Virus record (IMG/VR): IMGVR_UViG_3300005674_000016 | Span: 4,577-68,576 of that record | Direction: 5' to 3' (one strand) | Length of the DNA stretch: 64,000 nt | Source: a virus | Shown here: positions 16,402 through 25,279 of the stretch, one piece after another | Layout: every line of letters begins with the position of its first letter | Numbering within the stretch: the stretch's first letter is position 1 | Position numbers and translations under genes: made by a program | The notes under the pieces: generated by a model | Database searches by the model: none | What the model was told of the DNA's origin: nothing | Seen by the model: the letters and a program-made list of their open reading frames with translations, nothing else

Positions 16402-16703
16402 AGGCATATCGGTTCGACGTCACGTTCGGCACGGGCGACTCCTATCGGGTGCGCTGCGGCGCGTACGAGGCCGGTACCACAGCGTCGCTGGCGCGCATGC
16501 TGGTGGAAGCCGGGCTGCCCGACTTGCCGATCGAGGGCGGCCGCGCTGGCAAGCTGGACTGGACCATCCGCTCCAGCCACCGCCATGCGGCGTCGACCGT
16601 GTCGACGGAGGAGCGCACCAAGCGGCGCGACGAGGTGCATCCGAACCTGCTGGCGGTCGCGGATGCGATGCATGAAGAGCGCGAAAGGAAGCGCACGCAA
16701 TGA
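16398..16703 (+). CDS. Hypothetical protein (101 aa)
   Basis: GTGA coupling. Confidence 0.6.
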   Translation: MKAYRFDVTFGTGDSYRVRCGAYEAGTTASLARMLVEAGLPDLPIEGGRAGKLDWTIRSSHRHAASTVSTEERTKRRDEVHPNLLAVADAMHEERERKRTQ

Positions 16704-17098
16704 GTCGCCGGCGCAAGCACCAGCCGGCGCCGATCTGCCCCTACTGCCACAAGGCGGCTCAGCAGGCGCCCAGCACGGCGGTGTACGGCGCTGGCCGGGA
16801 CTTCGGCGCCATCTGGATGTGCCGGCCCTGCGATGCCTGGGTGGGCTGCCACAAGGGCACAGCGCGCCCCAAGGGACGGCTGGCCAACAAGGAACTCCGC
16901 GCCGCGAAGATCCGCGCGCACGCCGCATTCGACCCGCTGTGGAAAAGCGGCGAGATGGCGCGAGGCGACGCCTATGGCTGGCTGGCTGACCACATGGGGC
17001 TGGAGCGGCGCGATTGCCACATCGGCATGTTCGACGTCGACCAGTGCTCGCGCGTCGTGATGGTCTGCGACTGGTGGCGTGAACGGAGTGCACCGTGA
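16700..17098 (+). CDS. DUF3268-like zinc-finger protein
   Basis: CPYC...C.PCDAWVGCH.GT..P.GRLA...LR....AH..FDPLW...AY.WLA..MG....CHIGMF. Confidence 0.88.
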   Translation: MSRRRKHQPAPICPYCHKAAQQAPSTAVYGAGRDFGAIWMCRPCDAWVGCHKGTARPKGRLANKELRAAKIRAHAAFDPLWKSGEMARGDAYGWLADHMGLERRDCHIGMFDVDQCSRVVMVCDWWRERSAP

Positions 17099-17319
17099 GC
17101 CGCACTGGTCGCGCCGCGGGACAGCGCGGCTTGTGGGCGAGGGACCAGACCATGTCCCGCGCCGAGCTCGACGCATGGCGTCCCGACGTCGGAGACCGCG
17201 TGTGGTGCGGCGGCCAGCCGTTCATCGTCGAATACCGCAACGAGGACGGCTCTGTCGGCCTGGCGTACGACCAACCCAAGGAATCGCCGGCGGCGCAGCA
17301 AAATGGGACACCTCGATGA
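17095..17319 (+). CDS. Small hypothetical protein
   Basis: Coupled between DUF3268 and the MTase. Confidence 0.5.
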   Translation: MSRTGRAAGQRGLWARDQTMSRAELDAWRPDVGDRVWCGGQPFIVEYRNEDGSVGLAYDQPKESPAAQQNGTPR

Positions 17320-18512
17320 CGACGCGCATTCTCCGCGGTGACTGCCGCGCCATCCTCCCGACGCTGCCGGCGGCATCCGTGCACTGCGTGGTCACCAGTC
17401 CGCCCTACTTCGGGCTGCGCTCCTATCTGCCGGAAGGGCACCCGGACAAGCATCGGGAAATCGGGCTTGAGCGGACGCCTGATGAATACGTGGCCGAATT
17501 GGTGGCGGTGTTCCGGGAAGTGCGGAGGGTGCTGCGGGATGATGGGACGCTTTGGCTGAATGTGGGTGACTCTTACGCCAGCAGCCCGCCCGGCAACAGG
17601 ACGGTGGGCGTGTCGGCAAAGTCGGGGCTGAACGGCGTCAATGGCGCATCCGGCAGATACCGAGAGACACTTGCCGCAGGGCATCAAACGAAGCGCGATA
17701 CGTCCCGCTTGGACGGCTACAAACCCAAAGACCTCCTCGGCATCCCCTGGCTTCTCGCCTTTGCCCTGCGCGCTGACGGCTGGTATCTGCGCAGCGATAT
17801 CATCTGGCACAAGCCCAACCCGATGCCGGAAAGCGTGCGCGACCGGCCCACGTCGGCGCATGAGCATGTGTTTCTTCTGTCGAAAAAGCCATCCTACTTT
17901 TACGATGCGACGGCGATCTCCGAGACAGGCGTGGTTCCGGCCGGCACAAAGGGAGCCAAGGGGAGCGCCACGCGCGCCGCGCAGCCGGGCGTGAACAGCC
18001 GGCCTCCAGAATACAAGATCTACGACGGGACCAGGAACGCGCGCAGCGTGTGGACCATCGCGACGCAGCCATACCGGGGGCCGCATTTCGCGGTCATGCC
18101 ACCGGATCTTGCCGAGAAATGCATCAAGGCAGGCACCAGCGAGCGCGGCGCGTGCCCGCACTGTGGGGCGCCCTGGGCGCGAATCGTGAAGAAGACCAGG
18201 CTGCGCAACGGGGAGCAGGTAACAGGGAAGTGGGAGCAACAGACCGATCACCGAATCGGCGCCAGCGGGGTCGGGCATTGGCGGGACAGCACGACCACCA
18301 AGACCCTCGGATGGAAGGCTTCATGTGCGTGCGCCGGGCACCCGCCGGTGCCTTGCGTTGTCCTCGACCCCTTCGGCGGCGCCGGCACGACTGGCCTGGT
18401 GGCCGATCGCCTACAGCGCGATGCTGTCATGATCGAGTTGAATCAAGACACCGTAGACCTATCTGGCGATCGGGTCGCGAAGGAGGCGCCGCTCCTGGCT
18501 CGGGTTGTGTGA
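17316..18512 (+). CDS. Site-specific DNA methyltransferase (N4-C/N6-A, SPPY, Zn-ribbon insert)
   Basis: VTSPPY, IIWHKPNPMPES, HFAVMP, CPHCG insert, VLDPFGGAGTT. Confidence 0.93.
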   Translation: MTTRILRGDCRAILPTLPAASVHCVVTSPPYFGLRSYLPEGHPDKHREIGLERTPDEYVAELVAVFREVRRVLRDDGTLWLNVGDSYASSPPGNRTVGVSAKSGLNGVNGASGRYRETLAAGHQTKRDTSRLDGYKPKDLLGIPWLLAFALRADGWYLRSDIIWHKPNPMPESVRDRPTSAHEHVFLLSKKPSYFYDATAISETGVVPAGTKGAKGSATRAAQPGVNSRPPEYKIYDGTRNARSVWTIATQPYRGPHFAVMPPDLAEKCIKAGTSERGACPHCGAPWARIVKKTRLRNGEQVTGKWEQQTDHRIGASGVGHWRDSTTTKTLGWKASCACAGHPPVPCVVLDPFGGAGTTGLVADRLQRDAVMIELNQDTVDLSGDRVAKEAPLLARVV

Positions 18513-18715
18513 CCCCCGAACCCGACCTCGAGGCGCTGAAGGCGATCGTGTCGTCGTGGCGCCACGCCGAGTGGAGCGGCCGCGGCGGCAACCGCCTGGC
18601 GCAGCAGCTGGCGATTGCGGACATGTCGGAGCTTTGGCGCACGGAGGTGGTCGGCTGGAGCCGAGATCTGGTCGATCTGCGGGGGTTCCACCCGCTCCGG
18701 GCTGCCGCTCCCTGA
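18509..18715 (+). CDS. Small hypothetical protein
   Basis: GTGA coupling to the MTase. Confidence 0.5.
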   Translation: MTPEPDLEALKAIVSSWRHAEWSGRGGNRLAQQLAIADMSELWRTEVVGWSRDLVDLRGFHPLRAAAP

Positions 18716-18908
18716 GACCTTTTTTGTCGCGTGCGCGGCGGCAGGACAGCAGCGGGACGGTCTAGGACCGCCCGATGGCGTGTAGCAGACGCCTTCGCCA
18801 TGTGCTCATGGCTCGCCCTGTGGCTGCTAGCCCGGTAAGCCCGCGCACTGTAGCGCCGCCACAAATTCGGCGCCAGGGACGCGCCAAGGACGCGCCAGGA
18901 CGCCGCGT

Positions 18909-18926
18909 GGCTGGCTCTAGCCAGCC
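18909..18926. terminator. Inverted repeat at the convergence of two operons
   Basis: GGCTGGCT-CT-AGCCAGCC overlapping the TAG at 18917. Confidence 0.4.
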
Positions 18927-19183
18927 GCCGGGGGGAATGTCCCGGACTCGCTTACCAAGCCGCCCACGGCCGCCACAGGCACCGCGCCAGCCTGGTATGG
19001 GTGCGCGCCCGCGCGCCAGAGCGTGTCCATCATGACCTTGCCCATGCCGACCGCTACGCGTTCGGCTGAGCGCCGACGCCAGAACCTGGCGCCGAATGCG
19101 CACTCCCGCTCGACGCCATCCGCAGCGGAGATGCACACCACCTGCCAGCGCCAGCCACGCCGCCGTGCGACGTAGGCGTCCAT
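18917..19183 (-). CDS. Hypothetical protein (start uncertain)
   Basis: GGGAG RBS before MDAYVARRRGWRWQVV. Confidence 0.45.
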   Translation of the reverse strand: MDAYVARRRGWRWQVVCISAADGVERECAFGARFWRRRSAERVAVGMGKVMMDTLWRAGAHPYQAGAVPVAAVGGLVSESGTFPPAAG

Positions 19184-19224
19184 GGCTCCCCACCAGACGG
19201 TCGCTGGCACTGTCGGCGATGCGC

Positions 19225-19371
19225 TCACCCCGCCACCAGTCGCCAGCACCAGACCGCGATGCCACACAGCGCTGCCACGAAGAACACGAGCACCATCGCA
19301 AGCCAGCCGGGCGGCCCCTGGCCCGGCTCCCACTCGACTGCGACGCCGCGGGCTTTCTCGTCGTCGGTCAT
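19225..19371 (-). CDS. Small membrane peptide (48 aa)
   Basis: ATGA-coupled to the initiator; WLAMVLVFFVAALCGIAVW hydrophobic span. Confidence 0.5.
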   Translation of the reverse strand: MTDDEKARGVAVEWEPGQGPPGWLAMVLVFFVAALCGIAVWCWRLVAG

Positions 19372-20372
19372 CCTGCCCTCATCCTGCGGCCGGCGGCAGC
19401 GGCCTCGCGCACCGCACGGTCGAAATACGCCAGCGTCGAGATCTCGACGTTGCCACGCCGCTCCACGACGCGCCGGATGGTCGGTATTACCACGTCCAGC
19501 GGATCAATCCCATCGTCCAGCCACGCGCACAGCGGGCGCCAGTCGATGTATCGACGGGGATCCGCGGTCCAGCCGAGGAGGTCGGCCACGCGCTCTGCCA
19601 GGTCGCGCAGGATCCACGCACCCCTGGCCTGCCGTCGAGCGCCCGTCATCGAGCGCGGATCAATTTCCTCCCCCGGCGCCAGCACCGCCCATCGATGCTC
19701 CGGGTCTGCCAGCCGCGGCATCCAGCGTTGCGGATCGCCGGCAGGCTCGGGAGGAATGGGGGGATAGTTGATGTGCCGCGGTGTCGGGTTGAACGGCGCC
19801 TTCCAGCCTGGCGGGGGAGGTTGCTGCGGCGTGTTGCGCACCGGCTGCGGTGCTGGCGCCGCCGCGGATGCTGGCGCGATGCCGAACAGCGCATCGAAGG
19901 CTTCCGAGCCTTCGGCCCCCTGCGCGCACGCGTCCTGCTGGTTCATGTACTGGTTAAGGGACAGGTTAGGGTGCAGCTGCTGCGGGGTGGGGGTGCAGCT
20001 GCTGCGGGGTGGGGGTGAATCTCCTGCACCCTCCAACCCCGCAGCATTTGCGGGGTAGGGTGAATCTCCTGCACCCTTCCGGGCACCCGGCTTGCTGCGC
20101 TTCGCCACGACGTGGAGGTCCATCCGAAGGGTGAAGAGGCTGGTCTGCCGCAGCCGTCGCACGACGGTGATGTAGCCCTCTGCCTCCAGCGTCTTGAGCG
20201 CGCCTTGCACCGACCGTTCGGAGAGCCGGCACTCGGCTGCGATGGTGGCGACGGATGGGAAAGAATGCGCTCCATCCTCATTCGCGTGCTGTGCCAGGGA
20301 CAGCAGGACCAGCTTCGTGGTGGACGTGAGGCCATCGACCTCCCACGCCCAGATCATCGCGCGGAAACTCAC
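19368..20372 (-). CDS. Phage replication initiator (N-terminal winged HTH)
   Basis: AM.WAW...KLVLLSLA.HAN...FPSVATIAAECRLSERSVQ.ALK.LE..GYI; C-terminal STLAYFDRAV; contains internal iterons. Confidence 0.85.
   Translation of the reverse strand: MSFRAMIWAWEVDGLTSTTKLVLLSLAQHANEDGAHSFPSVATIAAECRLSERSVQGALKTLEAEGYITVVRRLRQTSLFTLRMDLHVVAKRSKPGARKGAGDSPYPANAAGLEGAGDSPPPRSSCTPTPQQLHPNLSLNQYMNQQDACAQGAEGSEAFDALFGIAPASAAAPAPQPVRNTPQQPPPPGWKAPFNPTPRHINYPPIPPEPAGDPQRWMPRLADPEHRWAVLAPGEEIDPRSMTGARRQARGAWILRDLAERVADLLGWTADPRRYIDWRPLCAWLDDGIDPLDVVIPTIRRVVERRGNVEISTLAYFDRAVREAAAAGRRMRAG
19969..20077. repeat. Iteron cluster, putative replication origin inside the initiator gene
   Basis: Perfect 22-bp tandem GGGTGCAGCTGCTGCGGGGTGG (19969-19990, 19991-20012); 20-bp GGGTGAATCTCCTGCACCCT twice (20013-20032, 20058-20077); palindrome CCCCGCA..TGCGGGG (20037-20055). 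Confidence 0.8.
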
Positions 20373-20518
20373 AATGTCACCGGCGCGCCATTGAACCCGC
20401 GACGGTTTTTCAGTATATCGGACGTCATGTGGCGATCCCTCTCGCTGCTATGGGCCGGGTCGAGCGTGTGGTGCGCTCCCCGGCCCGCCCCTTTTATGCC
20501 CCACGCGCACCCCGCCGG

Positions 20519-21985
20519 CTACCCACCAGCCGGATCGACGAAGTGCGTTGTCTCAGCCTCCCATTTCAACCGCACCAGCTGCGGCCGCCCTCCGCGAACC
20601 TTGTCGAAGATCGCCTCGGCCTTGCCGTATAGCCGGGCCTTCTGCTCGTCGTAGTCGCGCACGCGCGCCTGCCAGGTGGCGAGCGTCTCGCCTGCCTTCT
20701 GCTCTGGCGCGTCCTTCGGCAGGTAATATTCCGGGCGGTAGAGGAAGACGACGCTGTCGGCATCCTGCTCGATATCGCCCGACTGCCGAAGGTCCGGCAG
20801 GGTGGGCCTCTTGTCCTCGCGACCCTCGACCGCCCGACTCAGCTGCGCCAGCGCCAGCACGGGACACCGCAGATCCTTCGAGAGCTTCTTCAGCCCGCGG
20901 CTGATCACCCCGATCGCCTGCGTCGCCCCGTCGCCGCGACGCGCCCCGTCGACGTCGTGGGCGATGATGTGCAGATGGTCGACCAGGACCAGCGAGAGCC
21001 CGCCAAATTTCCGGTGCGCCTCCCGCGCGCGCATGGCGATCTGCTGCATGTTCAGAGCCGCTGTCTCGTCGATCAGCAGCGGCAGGTCTGCCAATTCCTC
21101 GCGCGCCATGGCCAGCGACGATCGGTGGAACTGGTGCTCGCCGCGTTGGAGCACGTCGCCTGGGATGGCGCCGAAGGCTGACAGCGCACGCTCTCCCAAT
21201 TCCCCCGCGCCCATTTCCAGGCTCTGGACGAACACGCCGCCCGGGCTGGCCCCGTCGCGGCACGCCAGTCCCACGTTGATGGCGATCTGCCACCCCAGGG
21301 CCGACTTCCCCATGCCGGGCCGCGCCGCCAGGATGTGCAGCGTGCCCGGCAGCATCCCGTTGTAGACCCGGTCCAGCGACGGGAAGCCGGTGAGCGTGCC
21401 GCCGCGCCCCTGGCCAAGGGCCGCGCGCTCTGCCCGGGCTATTGCCTCGTCCATGGCGTCGTTCATCGAGACCATCGGCTGGCGCGTGGTGCTGCTGACG
21501 GTGGACGCCTCGATCCCCTTGATCGCGTCGTCCACGATCGCCGGCACATCGACCGACCCGTCGAAAGCCTGGTTGACCAGATCCTCTCCGACAGAGATCA
21601 ATTCGCGCCGCGACCACGCATCGGCGATCGCCCGCGCGTACTCCGCCGCGTTGATGATGCCGACCATGCACGAGAGCAGCTGTGCGATGTAGCCGGCCCC
21701 GCCGACCTCCTCCAGCACGGGGGAGTTGGCATACCGGCCGGCCAGCCAGACCGCATCGCCCACGCCGCCGCCGCTGATCTTGTCGGCCAGGCTGCGGTAG
21801 AGCGTGGCGTGGACCTGATCAGCGAAGTGTTCCGCGCGCAGGAAGTCGGCCACCGCGTGGTAGGCCTTGTTGTTCGCCATGATGGCGCCAAGCAGCGCCT
21901 GCTCTGCCTGAAGGTTGTGGGGGGGGAGGCGCATGGCCAACCCCATCAGCGGATTGCCCGGGGGGGCCCCGCGCGCGGCGCTCAC
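20519..21985 (-). CDS. dnaB: Replicative DNA helicase DnaB
   Basis: PPHN.QAEQALLG, AARPGMGKS, SLEM, VDHL, LAQLSRAVE.REDKRP.L.DLRQSGDIEQDAD. Confidence 0.96.
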   Translation of the reverse strand: MSAARGAPPGNPLMGLAMRLPPHNLQAEQALLGAIMANNKAYHAVADFLRAEHFADQVHATLYRSLADKISGGGVGDAVWLAGRYANSPVLEEVGGAGYIAQLLSCMVGIINAAEYARAIADAWSRRELISVGEDLVNQAFDGSVDVPAIVDDAIKGIEASTVSSTTRQPMVSMNDAMDEAIARAERAALGQGRGGTLTGFPSLDRVYNGMLPGTLHILAARPGMGKSALGWQIAINVGLACRDGASPGGVFVQSLEMGAGELGERALSAFGAIPGDVLQRGEHQFHRSSLAMAREELADLPLLIDETAALNMQQIAMRAREAHRKFGGLSLVLVDHLHIIAHDVDGARRGDGATQAIGVISRGLKKLSKDLRCPVLALAQLSRAVEGREDKRPTLPDLRQSGDIEQDADSVVFLYRPEYYLPKDAPEQKAGETLATWQARVRDYDEQKARLYGKAEAIFDKVRGGRPQLVRLKWEAETTHFVDPAGG

Positions 21986-22200
21986 TCCGAGCCCCGCGTC
22001 TGTGCGCCGATCAGGTCTGCCAGGGACCGCATGGCACCCGTGGTGCCGTCGATCTCCTGCAGCACATCAGCCGCATGCGGCTGCGTCGCCAGCCACGCAG
22101 TCCAGGCATTGATCATGTCGGTGCGCCGACGCTGCAGATCGGCGTAGGGATCCAGGATCTGCCGCTCTTTCGGTCGCAGCAGCACTACGTTATCGGCCAC
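21982..22200 (-). CDS. Small hypothetical protein
   Basis: GGAGG RBS, GTG start, GTGA coupling to dnaB. Confidence 0.6.
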   Translation of the reverse strand: MADNVVLLRPKERQILDPYADLQRRRTDMINAWTAWLATQPHAADVLQEIDGTTGAMRSLADLIGAQTRGSE

Positions 22201-22225
22201 AACACCCTCCCGCTGGAAGCGCGGG

Positions 22226-22267
22226 ACCATAGACCGCGCCGGCGGGTCTATGCCATGGGTTTTTTAG
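22226..22267 (-). promoter_or_regulatory. Putative leftward promoter for dnaB/initiator with an internal inverted repeat
   Basis: Minus strand: TAAAAAACCC A-tract...TATGGT; inverted repeat CATAGACC-N9-GGTCTATG (22228-22252). Confidence 0.55.
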
Positions 22268-22476
22268 CCACCGCGCGTGTGGCGCAGCACCAGCTGGCGA
22301 GCCGTCGCAGCGAACACCTCAGCCTCGAGGTCGGCGTCGTCACGCGCCGGCGCCCCCTCGCGCAGCCACGCCTCGAATGCTGCCAGGTGCGCTTCCCGCG
22401 CCGCCACCAGACGGTCCTGCGCGGCTTGGCGCTGGCAGGGGCCAGGGAATGGCACCACGGTGTCGGAGTCGCTCAC
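22264..22476 (-). CDS. Small hypothetical protein
   Basis: GTG start coupled to the upstream ORF. Confidence 0.5.
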   Translation of the reverse strand: MSDSDTVVPFPGPCQRQAAQDRLVAAREAHLAAFEAWLREGAPARDDADLEAEVFAATARQLVLRHTRGG

Positions 22477-22727
22477 GCGGCCGCCTCGCCGCTTCGCGCG
22501 CTGCCCTGACCGCAAGCCTTACACGGCACTGGCCCGCGACGGTCCATCGATCGCAGCTCCGTGCCGCCGATCGTCTGCTCGGCGCCGCACGTGCAGCGGC
22601 AGATCCAGTGCGCGCGCGACCGCCGCGACCACGACTGCCGCAGCACGGTCCAGTGCTCCAGCACCTGGCCGCGCATGTTGATGGCGACCGGTCCTGACAG
22701 GCTTCGTCTGGCGTCCTCGCCGCTCAC
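22473..22727 (-). CDS. Small Cys-rich protein resembling the N-terminal module of HNH/AP2 endonucleases
   Basis: G.....WTVL...WICRCTCG...L....PCKAC; no catalytic HNH domain. Confidence 0.55.
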   Translation of the reverse strand: MSGEDARRSLSGPVAINMRGQVLEHWTVLRQSWSRRSRAHWICRCTCGAEQTIGGTELRSMDRRGPVPCKACGQGSARSGEAAA

Positions 22728-23263
22728 ACCAGCTGGCTCCATTGCTGGCGGCTCAGGACGAACCGCCGGGAGAACTCCCATATCACGCAGGCGTCCGACT
22801 CGTTGTCATCCCGCACGGCCCAGCCCTTGCCCTCGCACCACAGCATGCTGGCCGCCTTGGCGTTGCGACGAGCCGACCCCTTGATGATGCGCTTGTGCTC
22901 GTCGCGCTCGGCAAATCCGCCGCGGCCCAGCACATGCTTGCGCGCGGTGCCTTCCGGGATCTCGCGCACCTGCACTTCCATGCGCCATCCCGAGGACTCC
23001 GCATGCGCCGCCAGCCCCAAACCGAGCCGGGCGGTGGTCTGCACTTTCGCGTACGGCAGCGCGTAGACGATCAGCGACGGCTTCTGCAGCGTGATGAAAT
23101 CCTCCAGCCGGTTTTGAAGGTCCACCCACGTCTCGCCCATGTCGCGGATCCCGCCGTTCAGAAACCATCGACCGATCAGGGGGGCGTTGGCGCGCACCCC
23201 GCCATAGGCCCAGCCCGTCGACAGCGACAGGTCGAGCGCCAGGATGCCCCCCTGATCCGACAT
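22724..23263 (-). CDS. RuvC-like Holliday junction resolvase
   Basis: ILALDLS..TGWA; RK..LG.G; K; DDNESDA. Confidence 0.8.
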   Translation of the reverse strand: MSDQGGILALDLSLSTGWAYGGVRANAPLIGRWFLNGGIRDMGETWVDLQNRLEDFITLQKPSLIVYALPYAKVQTTARLGLGLAAHAESSGWRMEVQVREIPEGTARKHVLGRGGFAERDEHKRIIKGSARRNAKAASMLWCEGKGWAVRDDNESDACVIWEFSRRFVLSRQQWSQLV

Positions 23264-24015
23264 CAGAACGCGGCCGGCGCGCCGGTCAGGCCATCCACCG
23301 CCTTCGCCGCCTCCTTGCGCTGCTTCGCCGTCAGCGGCTTGGCCGCCCGTCCTCGCCCGCGGCGCGCGCCCATCGGCACCACGTTGCTGGTGTCCATCTC
23401 GGGTTCTGCAGCGTCTCCCGTCGTCGCCGTGCTGGCATCCTGCGCGGCACCAGAGTCCCCTGCGCCCTCGCGCGTCTCAGCCGCCGGGTTGCGTGCCCGA
23501 CGCGTGGTGGTGCGCGGCGCATCCTTGCGGCTGAAGGTGGTCATGACCTCCTCGCCCTGACCGCGATGCCAGCCACGCGCCCAGGCAGCGTGCGCCGCGC
23601 TGGCCGGCTCGTGCGGGTTCGTGTCAGCGCGATCGCGCGCACGACCAGCCTTGTAGCCCTGCTCTTCGGCAATCTGCTCGGAGAACAGCGTCACGGCTTC
23701 CGCAGTCGGCTCCTGGTCCGCATCGCCGAACAGGTCGGGCTGCTTCTGGCCGATCTCCGCCCCTGTGTAGTTGGAATACCGGAAGAGGTTGCGGATGTGC
23801 AGCTGCGCCTGCTCTTCGCCGACCTTGACCAGCTTCTCCATGATGGCCAGCGCCACCGTATCCACGCCCGCGTCCTTCGCGCGCTGGATGGCCTTGCGGT
23901 AGTGGCCGACTGCCGACTCCATCGGCGCGCGCGCCTGCCGGATGCGACGGTAGTGTTCGAGGAACGCGTCGGGCGAAAGCCCACCGGTTTCGTTGTGATC
24001 GAGGCGCTTGGCCAT
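23263..24015 (-). CDS. GapR/DUF2312-like nucleoid protein with an RMF-like motif
   Basis: DHN, helical YRKAIQRAKDAGVD..AL, QPDLF, GYKAG....NPH......W.RGW..G. Confidence 0.6.
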   Translation of the reverse strand: MAKRLDHNETGGLSPDAFLEHYRRIRQARAPMESAVGHYRKAIQRAKDAGVDTVALAIMEKLVKVGEEQAQLHIRNLFRYSNYTGAEIGQKQPDLFGDADQEPTAEAVTLFSEQIAEEQGYKAGRARDRADTNPHEPASAAHAAWARGWHRGQGEEVMTTFSRKDAPRTTTRRARNPAAETREGAGDSGAAQDASTATTGDAAEPEMDTSNVVPMGARRGRGRAAKPLTAKQRKEAAKAVDGLTGAPAAF

Positions 24016-24055
24016 CTGGCTCTCCTGATGATGGCGGCACGCAGCCGCCGGTGCT

Positions 24056-24346
24056 CTACGACTTCGAGAGGGGTTTCTGGTCTGGACCATACAGGTCCGG
24101 TCGCAGCGTGTGCGGCGGGATCTTCAGCCGCTTCGAGATGGCGTCGACTGCCTTCTTCGGCACGCGCTTCCAGACTGACACCGCACCAGTGGTGACGCCG
24201 ACGATGGCGGCCAGGATTCCGATGCCGCCGGCAGCCTCGATGGCCGCCGCCAGCCCCGCATCCGCACGCGCTCGCTTCGGCCTGCCGCCCTTTTTCTTTG
24301 CGGCGCTCGGTGCTTCAGTCGGTCTTGTCGTGCGGTCCTGCGCCAC
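24056..24346 (-). CDS. Cro/YdaS-like HTH transcriptional regulator
   Basis: AIEAAGG...LA...GVT..AVS.WKRVP......IP...LRPDLYG. Confidence 0.85.
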   Translation of the reverse strand: MAQDRTTRPTEAPSAAKKKGGRPKRARADAGLAAAIEAAGGIGILAAIVGVTTGAVSVWKRVPKKAVDAISKRLKIPPHTLRPDLYGPDQKPLSKS

Positions 24347-24359
24347 CGTGCATGCCCTT

Positions 24360-24419
24360 TGGGTTTTTCAGTTTCCACTTGCGCAGGGTTTTATAGGTGC
24401 TCTATCGTCGGCATATCAA
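24360..24419. promoter_or_regulatory. Overlapping divergent promoters
   Basis: Plus: TTGCGC (24379)-N18-TATCGT. Minus: TTGATA (24419)-N18-TATAAA. Two AAAACCC motifs on the minus strand. Confidence 0.65.
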
Positions 24420-24435
24420 CCCCTGGACGAAACCG

Positions 24436-24570
24436 ATGCGCCACATTCGCTACATCGAGCCGGCGCGGCCCAGCACGGGCACGCGCATCCGGCGCACCCT
24501 CCTTCAGCTTCTGGCCGGCGTCGTGCTCGGCGCGATTGCGATCGCGGCATGGCGCGGGCTCGCGCTCTGA
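24436..24570 (+). CDS. Small membrane peptide (44 aa)
   Basis: LLQLLAGVVLGAIAIAAW; TGATG coupling. Confidence 0.55.
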   Translation: MRHIRYIEPARPSTGTRIRRTLLQLLAGVVLGAIAIAAWRGLAL

Positions 24571-24914
24571 TGGCGCACGACCGCCGGCAAGCGCCGCGCC
24601 GCGTCGACCAGCCCGAGCCAGGCTTGTTCAAGCTGCGGCTGGTGCGCGGGGGGCCTTTCGTGGCGGCCGAGATCCACCGCGACGACGCCGGCCGCTGGAT
24701 CGCGACCATCAACGGCAAAGCGGCCGACGGGCACCCTGATCCGGCTCTCGCCGAGGGCGTGTTCCGCATCTGGCACTACGGCATCCGCATCGACGCCAGC
24801 GAGCATGCCTTCCTGGTCGAGCGCGCCGCCTGGGCGCGCGTGCACTCCCCCGACAACCCCGAAGCCAACCCCGAGCGGCCGATCCGCCTGGGCGCGCTGC
24901 CGCCTGCGTTCTGA
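24570..24914 (+). CDS. Conserved phage hypothetical protein (PEPG.F..RLVRGGP.V type)
   Basis: Motif and operon packing. Confidence 0.7.
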   Translation: MAHDRRQAPRRVDQPEPGLFKLRLVRGGPFVAAEIHRDDAGRWIATINGKAADGHPDPALAEGVFRIWHYGIRIDASEHAFLVERAAWARVHSPDNPEANPERPIRLGALPPAF

Positions 24915-24931
24915 CCCACGAAAGGACCACC

Positions 24932-25279
24932 ATGACGGAACTCACCGAGGACTTGCTGGACCACATCGCCAACCGCAACGGCGAATTGGCCAGGTCGATC
25001 GCGACCTACCGCGAGGTGGTCGCACAGCTTGCCGCGCTGAACGCGCATCCGATCCCCTCGATCCAGGTCACTGTGCACGTCGCTGGCAAGCACTACACCA
25101 TGCGCGTGATCGTGCAGGTGTTGCGCGCGCAGCACGAGGCTGACCTGGCCATCCTGGCGCGCAGGATCCGCGAAGCCGCGGCGATCCCGTTCGACTGGCT
25201 GCCGCAGCAGCCGGCGTTGGAGCCGGATGCTCTTCCCCCGCCATCCCCCACTTCCGAAGGAGACACCACCAATGGCTGA
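24932..25279 (+). CDS. Hypothetical protein (115 aa)
   Basis: AAAGGA RBS. Confidence 0.65.
   Translation: MTELTEDLLDHIANRNGELARSIATYREVVAQLAALNAHPIPSIQVTVHVAGKHYTMRVIVQVLRAQHEADLAILARRIREAAAIPFDWLPQQPALEPDALPPPSPTSEGDTTNG

Noticed and set aside
24056-24346. YdaS/YdaT toxin-antitoxin pair
   Set aside because: YdaS-like proteins are Cro equivalents and no YdaT/CII-like partner is recognisable.
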